Source: Octopus sinensis (lineage: Eukaryota). Taken from it: a stretch of 64,000 nucleotides of DNA. The position numbers and the translations under genes were made by a program. The notes under the pieces are model-generated. The model saw only the letters and a program-made list of their open reading frames with translations. It ran no database searches and was not told where the DNA came from. The stretch covers positions 17,298,001-17,362,000 of the forward strand of contig NC_043012.1 in the NCBI RefSeq assembly GCF_006345805.1. Direction: 5' to 3'. Shown here in pieces: positions 1 to 12,559 of the stretch (position 1 is its first letter; the number at the start of each line of letters is the position of its first letter).

Positions 1-159
1 TTGCAATGTCATTTACCCCCTCGGACTGATGCATTTCACCATTCACTATCTTAATCCCCTTGAAAAGTATAGACTAAAAGAAACAAACGCATAAAACATA
101 AAAGCAATGTTTAAGACATTGGTCTTATCGTCACTTTAACTTCAGCCATTTAAATTAAA

Positions 160-205
<46 letters not shown>

Positions 206-207
206 TA

Positions 208-1262
208 AGGGTGAAACATTGAATATTAATTTGATTAATATCAATTTAAAGCCAGTGGCCTAGCATAAAGAAAAATCTTAAGATCCAGAAAAATTATTAC
301 ATACATATAAGAGGGATGACCACAAATTGGACATCCATATGCTCGAAGTCGACCCCCTATGGTTTTACAATTAAGAAAGGAATATTCTCAAGAACATAAG
401 TGAGCAAGACAAATGAAAAGATACAAAAGATACAGATTAATTACAAACCACTTTCATTGTTGCCACATACGTATTCACTTACGTAGTTGTCCGCAGCTCG
501 TTAGTGTGATCATCATAGCAAAATATAATTTGCAGAAGAATTATACACGAGACGTCCGCATGAGATTGAACATGTATATAGTTCTACCATTTACTGTTGG
601 GGTTATATTTCAAAAGTCTTCGTTTTGGCGCGTTCTGGCGTTTGCCAAATTTCATTGAGGACATTCCTTTCTTAGTGGTAAGACCATAGGGAGTCGACTT
701 CGAGCATATGGATGTCCACTTAGTGGTCATCCCTCTCATATGTATGTAATATAATTTTTCTGAATCTTCAGAATTTTCTATATGCTAGACCACTGGTTTT
801 AAATTGATACTAATCAAATTAATATTCAATTTTTCACTCTAATTACTTTAAATTAAAATTTCAATAATCATGTTCTCTAACCGGCAAAATTCAGGGCAGA
901 GAATTATTTTCTGCAGAATTATTTCCGGTATTTTAGCACACCAAAACAAAGACTTTTGAATTATAACCCCAAATGTAATTGGTAGAACTATATACATATT
1001 CAATCTCATGCGGATGTCCCGTGTATAGTTCTGCAAATTATATATTACTATGACGATGACACTGACGAGTTGCGGACATCTACATAAGTGATTACGTAAG
1101 CGGTAGCAACAAAACTGGTTCGTGATTAATCTTTATATTTTGTATCTTTTCATTTGTCTTGCTCGATTACGTTCTGGCCCACCATACATTCTGCCCTCCT
1201 CCCCCATAGGGGGTCGACTTCCAGCATATAGATGTCCATTTAGTCGTCATCCTTCTTATATA
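208..1262. mobile_element. Interleaved long inverted-repeat (foldback/MITE-like) elements
   Basis: 208-392 is inverted at 651-842; 391-630 is inverted at 938-1181; 306-362 is inverted again at 1204-1262. Arms are diverged by substitutions and both ends lie in TA tracts. Confidence 0.7.
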
Positions 1263-1269
1263 TATATAT

Positions 1270-1390
1270 ATGGCCTGCTCGCTTAGCCAGCGGGGTAGCG
1301 TCATTTGAAGGCTAAAACAATGCGAAGCGCATTGTAACCAGCGATGTGTAGCAACATCTGATAGCCTGGTCGGTCACGTGATCACGGTGA
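1270..1390. repeat. Short GC-richer interspersed repeat embedded in a (TA)n tract
   Basis: About 120 bp non-microsatellite island (tggcctgctcgcttagcc...gtcacgtgatcacgg) with TA runs on both sides. Family recognised from memory only. Confidence 0.35.
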
Positions 1391-1404
1391 TATATATATA
1401 TAGG

Positions 1405-1704
1405 AATAAAGACCTCCTTTGGTCATGAATGACTGCGATTTTACACATAGAAGGTTGCATAGTGAAGACTAGCAGACACCCATGCTTACCAGTTTCCCTT
1501 CTACAAATGTTTTCCAAAGGAAAGGCAAAGGCTGATACAATTTGGCACCAATGACGCTGCAACTCATTTCTATAGCTGAGTGAACTGGAGCAACGCGAAA
1601 TAAAGTGTCTTGCTCAAGAACGCAACTCAGAGACCGGTCAGGGAATCGAACTCACTAACACATTATTGAGATCCCGACTCTCTCACCACTGAGCTATGCG
1701 CCTG
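1405..1704 (-). mobile_element. tRNA-derived SINE (family A, same as 60156-60490)
   Basis: Reverse complement begins ggcgcatagctcagtggtgagag...gagttcgattccc (A and B boxes), followed by the shared body gcaagacactttatttc...gctccagttcactcagct. Confidence 0.85.
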
Positions 1705-1780
1705 CATATAAGCATACATAGATGTACACACATATAAATATACACATATATGCGTACATACATATATGTATATGTGTGTG

Positions 1781-1839
<59 letters not shown>

Positions 1840-1842
1840 GTA

Positions 1843-1914
<72 letters not shown>

Positions 1915-1927
1915 ATCTATCTATCTG

Positions 1928-2014
<87 letters not shown>

Positions 2015-2069
2015 GTATGTATGTATGTATGTATGTATGTACATATGTATGTATGTATGTATGTACATA

Positions 2070-2101
<32 letters not shown>

Positions 2102-2110
2102 CATATATAT
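1781..2110. repeat. Compound microsatellite (TCTA)n/(TCTG)n/(TATG)n/(TA)n
   Basis: Direct reading. It explains the IYLS/VCMY ORFs. Confidence 0.98.
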
Positions 2111-2836
2111 AGGAGCGCTGAAAAGTTAGCCTGGTTAGATACTCCGATAAATGCATTACAGCACAGTTCCGTTTCTCCTCGCTCTGAGAGATCGAATCTC
2201 ACTCAGGTCAATTTGCTTTCATTCTTTCGGGTTGGATAAATTCGGTACCAACCAGGGCAGTGAATTGCCAGGATTGCTAGAACGTCTCATTAGATACATT
2301 CCGGCATCTGTTCCGGCTTATATATATGTGTGTGACTATGTGTATGTGTGTGTGTGTGTGTGTGCTTGTCTGCATTTATGTACGTATGCATGTATGTATT
2401 TATGTATGCATGTGTGTATGTATGTGTGTATGTATATAATGGTTAGTGTGTTTCTTCACAGTTTTGATTATAATTTCATCGCTAAAGATTTCTGATTATA
2501 TGTTAGCGGTTCCTATCCATCCTAGAACTACATGCAATGAGTTGAATCCAGCAATGCCAACTAAACATTTGATGTCAATTTTATGCTTACAAACGTGAAA
2601 TTTGCTGTGCACGTCAATTTCATGGAAATTAGCGTCGAAATTTTGCACCACCTTTTGGCTACCATTGAAAGGTGAGATGATGTTTACATGTCTTAAATTG
2701 TAGATGCCAACGCAGCACTGGTGATGGGATACAATTGGTATTCTTCAATCTAATCATGCTCCTTCGCACTCACACACGAATACACATATAAGAAATATAA
2801 CAAATATAACACCTATAACACACACACACATACACA

Positions 2837-2879
<43 letters not shown>

Positions 2880-3052
2880 GTATACATATGCTATGTCTGG
2901 TTTAAAAAGCCACATCAGATGCCATGATGAATCTAAAGTGTAGGTACAGGAGATGGTCAAACTCTGCATAAGGAATAGACAACCACCACATATGTATGTA
3001 TGCATGTATGTATGTATGTATGTATGTATGTATTTATGATGTATGTATGTAT

Positions 3053-3121
3053 ACAGTAATACCTCACTCTTTAATATATATATATATATATTATATATAT
3101 ATATATATGTATACAGTGATG

Positions 3122-3163
<42 letters not shown>

Positions 3164-3752
3164 CTTTATGAAGGATTTACGAGGATCCGCCTTACGAGAC
3201 CCCGGGTTTACGAGTTTATTTTGCATCCCACTTTTCTCTGGTGAACTGAAGTCTTTCAAGCCCACAGTGCAAATTTATAAACGAAGTACTAAAGTATCTA
3301 CTACCGTAACAAATGCTTCTACGTGTTACCGAGAAATTGATAGGGAGCGAATAAAGCTTCTTTTAAGCAAACAAAGCTAGACTTGTTTCTTAAAAAGAAA
3401 TCCACACGTCCTCTACGAGTGCTTGTGAATCGGCGATCGCGTCTATTAGTGATTGTGTGCGCAAGTCTAGAGCGAGTGAAAGCGAGTCAGAAAACGATTG
3501 GAATAATACTTTTTATTATAAATGATTTTGACATTCTTTTTATTTTACTTAAAATATTCTTTACGTTCTGTTGTTGTTTTATTGCCATTTATTTACAAGT
3601 ATTATAAATTTTATAGGTAAAATATTTTACTAGGAACGAATTACGATTTATAACATTGCTACTATGGGAAATTATTGCTCTCATGGCGCGAATACACTCG
3701 CTTATACAAGAATCCGCGAAAATGTGATCATACGCACACGTGAGGTTTGGTG
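3053..3752. mobile_element. Possible degraded Tigger/pogo-type MITE interrupted by a TA tract
   Basis: TA-cagtaatacctcac at the left end, partial inverted match gtgaggtttggtg at the right end, and internal cattgctactatgggaaa motif. Confidence 0.3.
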
Positions 3753-3947
3753 CAATCATGATCACAAACTTGGTGTTTGTAAGAATAGGGAGGTTAAATG
3801 TAAACTCAAGTTTCCATACCGTAAAGTAAATTAAATTATGTTAACGGTTACTCAAAATTCATTCCCAGTGCATTGTGCGAAAGTACATTTATATGCATGT
3901 AGGCAACTTGAGAGTCTTTCAGAAATTCTATCAATAATCTTCTCGTT

Positions 3948-4010
3948 ACAGTTCTATATTTAAGAGATGAGGAATTATATATATTATTTACATTATTTAC
4001 ATTTGACGTA
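3948..4010 (-). mobile_element. 3' tail fragment of the hammerhead-bearing SINE family
   Basis: Reverse complement cgtcaaatgtaaataatg...aattcctcatctcttaaatatagaactgta matches 42742-42794. Confidence 0.8.
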
Positions 4011-4029
4011 AATATAAATAATGTAAATA

Positions 4030-5285
4030 ATGATCTTCTCGTTAGTCCACAGAATAGATAGGGATTCCTCGGAGCAGAGACAGCATCTTCTGTAAATTAT
4101 ATTATATGTTTTTGCGAGCCTTACCAAGTTAAGCGGTACTTCATTTTATCCTCCTTCAGTCGCCATACAAAACCGGCCATAGATGTTGAATGTCTCTTTT
4201 TGATTGTCTTAAAGCTGGCAACATGTTTACAATAACGATTCTTAAATGAATCAGCGGTCTGCCCAATGTAAACATACGGCCCTCCCCTTGTGTGCACGGT
4301 ACATTTCTATACAAGCTTTGTATTCATACAGAGATTCATCAAAGGACATTTTGATTTTTCTCTGCATGAGCATTTATCGTATTTATTTGTATAAAAGGCA
4401 GTTCCGACTCTATTTACTGACGTTGTTACCGTATTGGCTGCATCATAAGTATTTCTACTACTACAATATGGTCGTAATTGGTATTTATCATTGCGGTTTA
4501 CATCATCTTTCTTAGTATTTACATGCATATGTTCATTAGATCCAGTAGTTGGGTTATTGATTTTGCTATTGTTTATGCGATGCATAAGCTGCTCTAAATT
4601 AGCAGAGTTTGCGTAGGATACATTCGCGGTTTGCCGAATAGCATGATACCGATTAGATTTAGGAAATCATTTGTCCAAAGTAGCAAAAAAAATTTTCCAG
4701 CGATCTTCGTTGAAACATGCGAACTAAAAATCGGGTTGAACCAGAAGACATCCTGATTCCTATATCTGTTGTTAGGCACATTTGATCGAGTGTGCTGTAC
4801 AATATTGGAACAAGCAGCTGGATTATTATGTCGGGTGTGTCTACGAGTTTTCGTGCGTAGTTCATTGACATGACCAATTCTACCTGGCTTATATTCTCTG
4901 AGTGAGTTCTCAAACCGTGACGTTATGTTGGAGTACAATGTGTATTACAATTGGAGGAATTACCAGTGGCGTATATGTCTGCTGCTTGTATATATTGAAT
5001 TTTTTCATGGTACACAGCCCTAGCTAGAGCAGCATTATAAGTTGCACGTGATTTGAAAATTTTATTATTAGCGGATAACCTAGAAATTCTTGCAGAAATA
5101 TTCTTAGCTAATATTCTTAACTATTCTTAACGAATCGAGGGTGGGTGGTTGGAGGTAGCGTTAATGTTCTTAATATGATCCTTTGGCTTATGAAATGGTT
5201 CACATAATCCAGCATCAAGACAGAAGGTAGCGTCAAGAAAATTCACTCTACGATAACCTTTACCCATAGTTGTAGACGAGAATTT
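4030..5285 (-). mobile_element. Penelope-like element remnant: RT C-terminus, linker and GIY-YIG endonuclease
   Basis: Minus-strand translation across stops and frameshifts: VNFLDATFCL...SNHPPSI...VFWFNPIFSSHVSTKIAGKF...CSCREKSKCPLMNLC...VYIGQTADSFKNRYCKH...RRCCLCSEE. Confidence 0.92.
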
Positions 5286-5418
5286 ATTAATCACGACAAT
5301 TGTTTCGACACATCTAGCATCGGTCCCTCATGGGTGGGACACACAACAACAGGTTCAGAAGTATCCGGCTGTGCAGATATATCTCGTCGATTGATAAATA
5401 GATACAACTCGTTAAAAA

Positions 5419-5488
<70 letters not shown>

Positions 5489-5641
5489 AATATATAAATA
5501 TAAATATATATATACATACACACACACATGTATGTATCTAAGTGAATGTAACTGTATATACGTTCATAAATACATATTTTGGTATATATCTGTATATGTA
5601 TTCTATGTAGGTATATATGTGTGTATGTATATGTTCTCTCG

Positions 5642-5672
<31 letters not shown>

Positions 5673-5833
5673 ACTCGAATACGTACGTTTATTGTGAAAA
5701 TTTCTTGCATTTTCAATAATCATTGTTCTTTACGATGGAATGGACATTTAAGGGCATATGATTTCGGCTTTAGAGAAAACCTCTCTCACTATGTTCTGAT
5801 ATATACAATGCATACCAGATGTATCTCTCCCCA

Positions 5834-5928
<95 letters not shown>

Positions 5929-7112
5929 GCATGTTTGTATGTATATATCATATACCACATTATATACTCTGTCATCTTATCTTGAAATATGTTTAAAATG
6001 TTATCTTAAATCTATTGTGATCACGTTCTGCAGAAGGCTCCCTGCCTCTAATCAGTTATGTTTACTTGACATCTTACTAGAGATCGGATGCTAGCAGTCA
6101 TTGTTTGCTAAGCTCTTTGGCACCTCCAGATGCTAATTTTAAATTACGGTTATATTAAACAGAAATGAAATAATGTATGTTGTCAGCCACTCTTCGGAGC
6201 TGAAGTAGACGTTCCTCTCTGTGCGACATGTTATCTGCTCTTTCAGGTTTATTAAATGGAATTTCTCATCAAAGATGCACTGTCATCAAACCGCGAGAAG
6301 CAAGAGTTAATATACTGCGACTACAATGGCCATATTTAATCTAGTTACACTATTTAGCACTTCAGCAAGGAAAGTGAGATTCTTCAAGAGAAGACATCCA
6401 GATTTCGCGTTAGGCTAAAACAAATAGAATTATCGACAGATGGCATCTGGTTCCATTAGCGAATAGTCACATTAGTTATTGTAGTTTTAGAAATTCACAT
6501 TGAACAAATAGGTTTCACTTGATATTCTGGTCAGGCTAATGGAAGTCAACATTAAGTTAAATAGACATTTGCTAACAGCAAACATTCCAAAGTTACCCAA
6601 ATATATCCTTAACGCCTTCTTGTATTATTCGCGTATTTTACTTTCAATTACTTTCCAGTTTTACATTATATTTAAAAAAAAAAAAACTAAATCGCCATTT
6701 TCCTACTTTAGTAAGTTGAGTTTTTATGCAACGACCCTTAGGGACAACAATGTAACATTAAAAAAAAACGCAAGATATTTATCGCTGAGCAATATTGTAA
6801 AGACAGTTTAGAATTACCGTAATCTATCATTCTATTTTCAAAACTAAATATATTGATTTCTTGCTTCGGCATAAATGCAATAAATAAGTAAATGATAATA
6901 AAAAATAAAATGTTAAAGTGGGGCATAGACGATTAAATATAAATACATCCTAAGACCCGAGGACTTCGTGACGTTAAGCGGATAAGAATGAAATCTTGCC
7001 TACCGCAAGTGACATTTCCAGAGAACTGCGTTTATTTGCCCAATAGCTAGCTGAATGAGATAATGTAGAATTGAGTAGAAGTAATGTAAATGAAATATAA
7101 ATGTCTATTAAG

Positions 7113-7230
7113 CTGGAGAGGATTTCGAGACAAATGGTTAGCTCCAGCATTACGGTATTTGCTAGATGAAAAATTAATCGCCTCCTTGGACGAGAAGCTG
7201 TTCTCCTGCTACCCTACATCTGATTATCTT
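7113..7230 (+). CDS. Putative internal coding exon of an unidentified gene (xWRGFRDKWLAPALRYLLDEKLIASLDEKLFSCYPTSDYL)
   Basis: attaag acceptor, 118 nt open frame (phase 2 to 0), strong gtaagc donor, non-repetitive and GC-richer than its flanks. No homologue recognised. Confidence 0.4.
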
Positions 7231-7594
7231 GTAAGCTGTTGTTGTTGTTATGGTTGTCGTTCGTAATATTATTTTTGCTTGGTTCAGTGTCATTCCTGAT
7301 CAAGTACAACTATGATCAAAGGCTTTGCAAAGGTGACCATCCTGCCTCTTTAGGGTAAGCTATGACTACAGGATCCAACATGTCATGTCCTTATTCAAAA
7401 ATAATACAAGATGATTTGAGAAACACTTGGTTGCTTTCTGTAGCATGTCGAGCGACCATTCTGGTTAGCTTTACATTGTTTTCCCAAATGTTTCGTGAAA
7501 AGAGGTTGAATGCAATGTCTTTTGCGCAGGAGCATAAGAGTGCTTCAAGAGGAACTGAACACTTGTGATATATGGGTTGACAGTATATATTATA

Positions 7595-8120
7595 TCGGCT
7601 TGTCAGGAAAGTTCGTGCCGATTTATGGTAGCTTACCTTTCGATTTATTTTAGAACATTGTTGAGTCCATAAAATAGGATTTGACTACACCTCCATTTGG
7701 GTTTATGTTCCTATAACCTGTGTTAATTCTGTAACCCTTTAAAATGGAAAGTTCATTTTCGGCACTTGTTGCTTTGGGAACCAAACAAAAATTGCTGCAG
7801 CTTGGCTGGGATGTGTTATCCCCCCCCCCCCATATTTACCAGATATTGCTCCTTCGGATTTCCACTTATTCACGTCTCTGCAGAATTTTGTTAATGGTAA
7901 AAATTTCAATTCCTTGGATGACGTAAAAGATACCTTGATTAATTCTTTGCCATGAAACCACCTCAGTTCTGGGAAGAGGGTATTTTCAAGGTAAAGGGAA
8001 GATGGAGACGCATTGTACAACAAAATGGTTCATATTTGGTTGCTTAAAAATGTAATGGCAAGTATTTATTGACCCTTTTCTTGCCTTTAAAAATCGGCAC
8101 GAACTTTCCGGACAACCCAA
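7595..8120 (+). mobile_element. Internally deleted mariner element
   Basis: 30-bp TIRs (tcggcttgtcaggaaagttcgtgccgattt versus reverse complement ttgggttgtccggaaagttcgtgccgattt), TA on both flanks, C-terminal transposase remnant LGWDVL..PY.PDIAPSDFHLF...WRRIVQQNG. Confidence 0.92.
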
Positions 8121-8513
8121 TAATATATTACCTCTACATCAGAAAGCCAAATTATTATCTGGTAGGATATATACATACACGCACATGCACGTTTCTAATA
8201 CTTCTCTGTTCTAAAACCAAACGTCTAATATAATGAATTAAATGACATGATATTACCTGTTATTATCAGCATACGATTGTATTGTGAATAATGATAACAA
8301 GTAAATGATAACTTAATTAGAATCTGTCTATATATCTGGATTTCCAATATTATTTCAATATATCGTACGATATCTGAATCAATTATAAGCATGTTACGGT
8401 AATTTTAAAATCTTGTTATGCGACCAACAGTGACACAAATTCTAATATCAATCCAAGTAAATTTCCTATTGAAATCAGCTAGTAGTAGATCTATTACCGA
8501 ATTTGCGCACGCG

Positions 8514-8548
<35 letters not shown>

Positions 8549-8712
8549 AAGTTTGTTTTTATGTCAAGTGATATATAAAGACAATTTAACTTTAAACACT
8601 GAAAGAATTTGTCAATTTTAATGACATACATGTTTACCATGTTTATTTAACATTACAAGAAGGGATGCGAGTGATTTCAAAATTCAGACCAACTAGCCTT
8701 CGTCTTAAACGT

Positions 8713-8778
<66 letters not shown>

Positions 8779-8917
8779 ATTCACACATCTCACCACGATA
8801 GCCCTTTTCTTGGACGTGAAATATAAAAATATATAACAGACGAATTCTGCACACAAAAAAAATGTCCCCATGACGAACAACCGCGGCACACTAGCATACG
8901 AACCTCACACACACACA

Positions 8918-8965
<48 letters not shown>

Positions 8966-9320
8966 CATACATACACACACACGCACACACACCAAGAATA
9001 CATTATAAGATAAAGCAAGCAAATTTACCATACGACTCGTCAATAACCGCCCAAAAGATGTCATTCAAGAGTAGCGTCCCTTGATTTATTGTTTTCCTTA
9101 CGAGAATCTCAAACAATTCAACGAGATTTTGTGTTCATCGAAAATGGAAGACGAACACCATTACTCCATGTAATCGGCTTGAAAATTTGTTAAGATATTA
9201 AGATATTTTCCTCTTTGTCATAACATTAAACCAACGGTAGCCTTAACTCACAAACAAAGAAATCCTAACCACCAATGTGCTGCTGAGCACTCATTTTCAT
9301 CTTTCGACATTTACACAAAT

Positions 9321-9358
<38 letters not shown>

Positions 9359-9377
9359 CTATATATTTATATATATA

Positions 9378-9777
9378 TTCTTTTAGCCTTTTGCAGGCAT
9401 TTGACTGCGGCCATGGTAGGGCACCGCCTAAAAGGATTTTTGTCCTACAAATCGACCCCAGGACTTATTCTTTGTAAGCCTAGTACTTATCCTATCGAAA
9501 TCTTTTGCTGAACCGCTAAGTTATGGGGACATAAACACACCAGCATTGGTTCTCTAGCAATGGTGTTTGGACATACACAGACACAAACACACACACATAT
9601 AAATATATACATATATATATATACGTGAGGGTTCTTTCAGTTTCCTTCTACCAAGTCAACTCACAAGGCTTTCGTGGGCCTGAGGTTATAGTAAAACATG
9701 CTTAGCGAAGATGAGATGCAGTGGGACTGAACCAGGAAGCATGTGGTTGGTAAGCAAGCTACTTACCACACAGTCAC
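9378..9777 (-). mobile_element. tRNA-derived SINE with internal microsatellite (same family as 26710-27155)
   Basis: Reverse complement head gtgactgtgtggtaagtagcttg..., internal (TA)/(TG) tract, tail ccgcagtcaaatg. Confidence 0.88.
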
Positions 9778-9778
9778 A

Positions 9779-9825
<47 letters not shown>

Positions 9826-10147
9826 CAAACTTAGAATCAGTAAGATATATAATGCTACTTGCTAAAATGAGAGCCAAAACCAACATAAACTCACAATAAA
9901 GATACATACGATCAATGCAATAAACATATTAGAACTAGGCTTACCTTTGCGTTGAATACACCAGTAAGTAATCTATATTTCAATACTAATTGATTTCACC
10001 ATATGTATGACCAACATTCTCTGGGATCTTTAACAACTATTTCTAAAATATTCACTACATTAGCTCGTGTGCGTTCCTTACTTGAAATGTTTCGCACCGT
10101 TTAAGGGATAACTATTTTGAGCAAGAATAAATTTTAAATAAAGATGC

Positions 10148-10337
10148 ATTATTACCGTTATTAATGGTATTAATAAAGTAATAATAAGGTGATTTTATGG
10201 TGGCCTTGGAACCTTGGGTCTGACTTTAGCAAGTCGTATTATATACCCTACTGATTCTAAATGTGCCTTATATTGCGCCTGGAACGGGGGAAACTTGCTT
10301 GCCACCATATTATTACCTTATTAATAACGGTAATAAT
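10148..10337. mobile_element. Small MITE-like element
   Basis: 18-bp perfect terminal inverted repeat attattaccgttattaat (10148-10165) and attaataacggtaataat (10320-10337), with further subterminal symmetry. Confidence 0.5.
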
Positions 10338-10399
10338 ACATCTTTATTTAATATATAATATATATTATATATATATTATATATATATATATTATATATA

Positions 10400-10433
<34 letters not shown>

Positions 10434-10444
10434 ATGTATATATA

Positions 10445-10475
<31 letters not shown>

Positions 10476-10844
10476 ATACATATATACATATATACACACA
10501 AATACATACATCCATATATACATGCCTACATACACACACACATACGTGTGTATATGTATACATAAAAATGAATAAGAATGAGTTTTCTGATAATTTGTTT
10601 CCACTTTAATGATTAGATGTTTACACATCATTAAATATTAAGAGATCATATCCTGACTCTTTCTACTTGTGATCAGAGTTTTCATATGAAACGGTAACGC
10701 TGATTTGGGACTGAATTTCTTGTTGGTAGGGGTGTTACAAAACTACACGGACATTCATGTGTACATAGTCATAAATATATACACACACATACATGCTTAT
10801 ATATAAAGGATTGAATACAAATTGAGAGAGGTGAAAATTAAATC

Positions 10845-10864
10845 TATCTATCTATCTATCTATA

Positions 10865-10923
<59 letters not shown>

Positions 10924-10924
10924 A

Positions 10925-11003
<79 letters not shown>
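10845..11003. repeat. (TCTA)n + (TA)n microsatellite
   Basis: Direct reading. Confidence 0.98.
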
Positions 11004-11005
<2 letters not shown>

Positions 11006-11469
11006 AGAGAATATACGGTGTGTGCTTTTTTTCGGATGGTCAGAAATTGAGGCCATCCTAAGGTCAGTTCACATTGCTGTCTATATTTCCATTTAAGTAA
11101 AACACACACATATACATATACACACATATACATTTACTTAGCATAAATAAACGGCATACACGCATATAGATCTTTAAATATGAAAAAGAAAAGAAGAAGA
11201 AAGAGGAAGCAAGTAGAATAAAGAGAAGAGACAAGAAGGAGAAAGATACAGACACGTATCTCACACATACAAACTCGTACACATATTAGAGACACACACA
11301 CACACAGACATATTTGTATATAAATGTATATGGAGAAAAAGAAGTTCATTCTGACGTAGGAAAGATTATAGGAGAATGGGAGTGAAAATGCAAAGGAGTC
11401 TTAAAACGAATTGTAGGCTTTAACATTTGGTAACAAGTGTATTAAATGGGGTCAATGTTTGCTTTTCAG

Positions 11470-11550
11470 GGTTCAATAGAAGAAAGCGAGGCTGAAAGTA
11501 AAAGAAAAAAATACGAAAAATCATGCTTAGAAAATAAATTTGACGAAGGC
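11470..11550 (+). CDS. Weak candidate exon (GSIEESEAESKRKKYEKSCLENKFDEG)
   Basis: tttgcttttcag acceptor, 81 nt, phase 0-0, compatible with 7113-7230. The gtaaga donor coincides with a SINE head, so it may be fortuitous. Confidence 0.22.
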
Positions 11551-11665
11551 GTAAGAAGCTGGCTTCCCAATCACAGGGTTTCAGTTTCAGACCCACTGCA
11601 TGGCCCCTTGGGCAAGTGTCTTATGAAGGGATTTTGTAGCCGGAGACTGAAAGAAATACATCGTG
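11544..11665 (+). mobile_element. SINE 5' half (26710-type family)
   Basis: aggcgtaagaagctggcttcccaatcac...ccttgggcaagtgtctt...ctgaaagaa. Confidence 0.75.
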
Positions 11666-11814
11666 TGTATGTGTGAGTGTGTGTGTGTGTGTAAGTGTGT
11701 GTGTGTGTTTGTGTGAGTGTGTATATGTGTATATGTGTATATATGTATATATATATATGTGTGCATGAATGTGTGCGTGTGTATAATGTATGTATGTATA
11801 TATATATATATATA

Positions 11815-12017
11815 TTTCTTTACTACCCACAAGGGGCTCAATACAGAGAGGACAAACAATGACAGACAAACAGATTAAATCGATTATATCGACCCCCGTA
11901 CGTAACTGGTACTTATTTCATCGACCCCGAAAGGATGAAAGGCAAAGTCGAACTCAGAACGTAGCGGCAGACGAAATACCGATAAGCATTTCGCCCGGCG
12001 TGCTAACGATTCTGCCA
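11815..12017 (-). mobile_element. tRNA-derived SINE (family B)
   Basis: Reverse complement tggcagaatcgttagcacgccgggcgaaatgctt...gttctgagttcgactttgcctttcatcctttcggggtcgat...gtaccagtt. Confidence 0.88.
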
Positions 12018-12189
12018 TATATATATGTGTGTGTGTGTTTGTTTGTGTGTGTGTGTGTATCATGGACACTCCTGTCATTAGACGACGTATGAAGGTACTG
12101 CAATTTCTTGCTGTACAGCCGCACATGATTTGTTTATCATAAGTAAATGTTCGTGTTCACATAAGCTCACTCCCTACATCAAATCGACA

Positions 12190-12348
12190 TTACCTGTACA
12201 GGTGTACCTTGTGCTACATGTCACATAAAATGATCGCAGAGCAACGTGAAACGAAGTGAAAAGCACAACGCAACGCCTGGTCAAGGAATCGAAACCATTG
12301 TGTCGCAATCATGAATTCAACATCCAAACCAGTAAGCGATGTGCGCCT
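12190..12348 (-). mobile_element. Degraded SINE (family A-like)
   Basis: gcaacgtgaaa...ggaatcgaaacc...gcgcctga, similar to 22685-22909. Confidence 0.6.
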
Positions 12349-12559
12349 GAGTTTTTGTGTGTATGTGTATAACACAACCGCTTGTCAGCCGGTGTGGGTG
12401 TGTTTACGTTCGCCTAACTCAGCAGCCCGGCAAAAGAGGCTAATGTAATATTAACCAGGTTTTAATGAAAATAAGTCCCGGAGTTGATGTATTTCACTAA
12501 ATATTCTTTAAGGCCGAGCCACATTTTTGAACTCAATTTCTTTCTTTTATGATGCAAAA

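Noticed and set aside
1062-1130. CTGACGA followed by GTTGC...GCAAC resembling a hammerhead
   Set aside because: No GAAA, no stem I, and not conserved in the homologous opposite arm (ctaacga).
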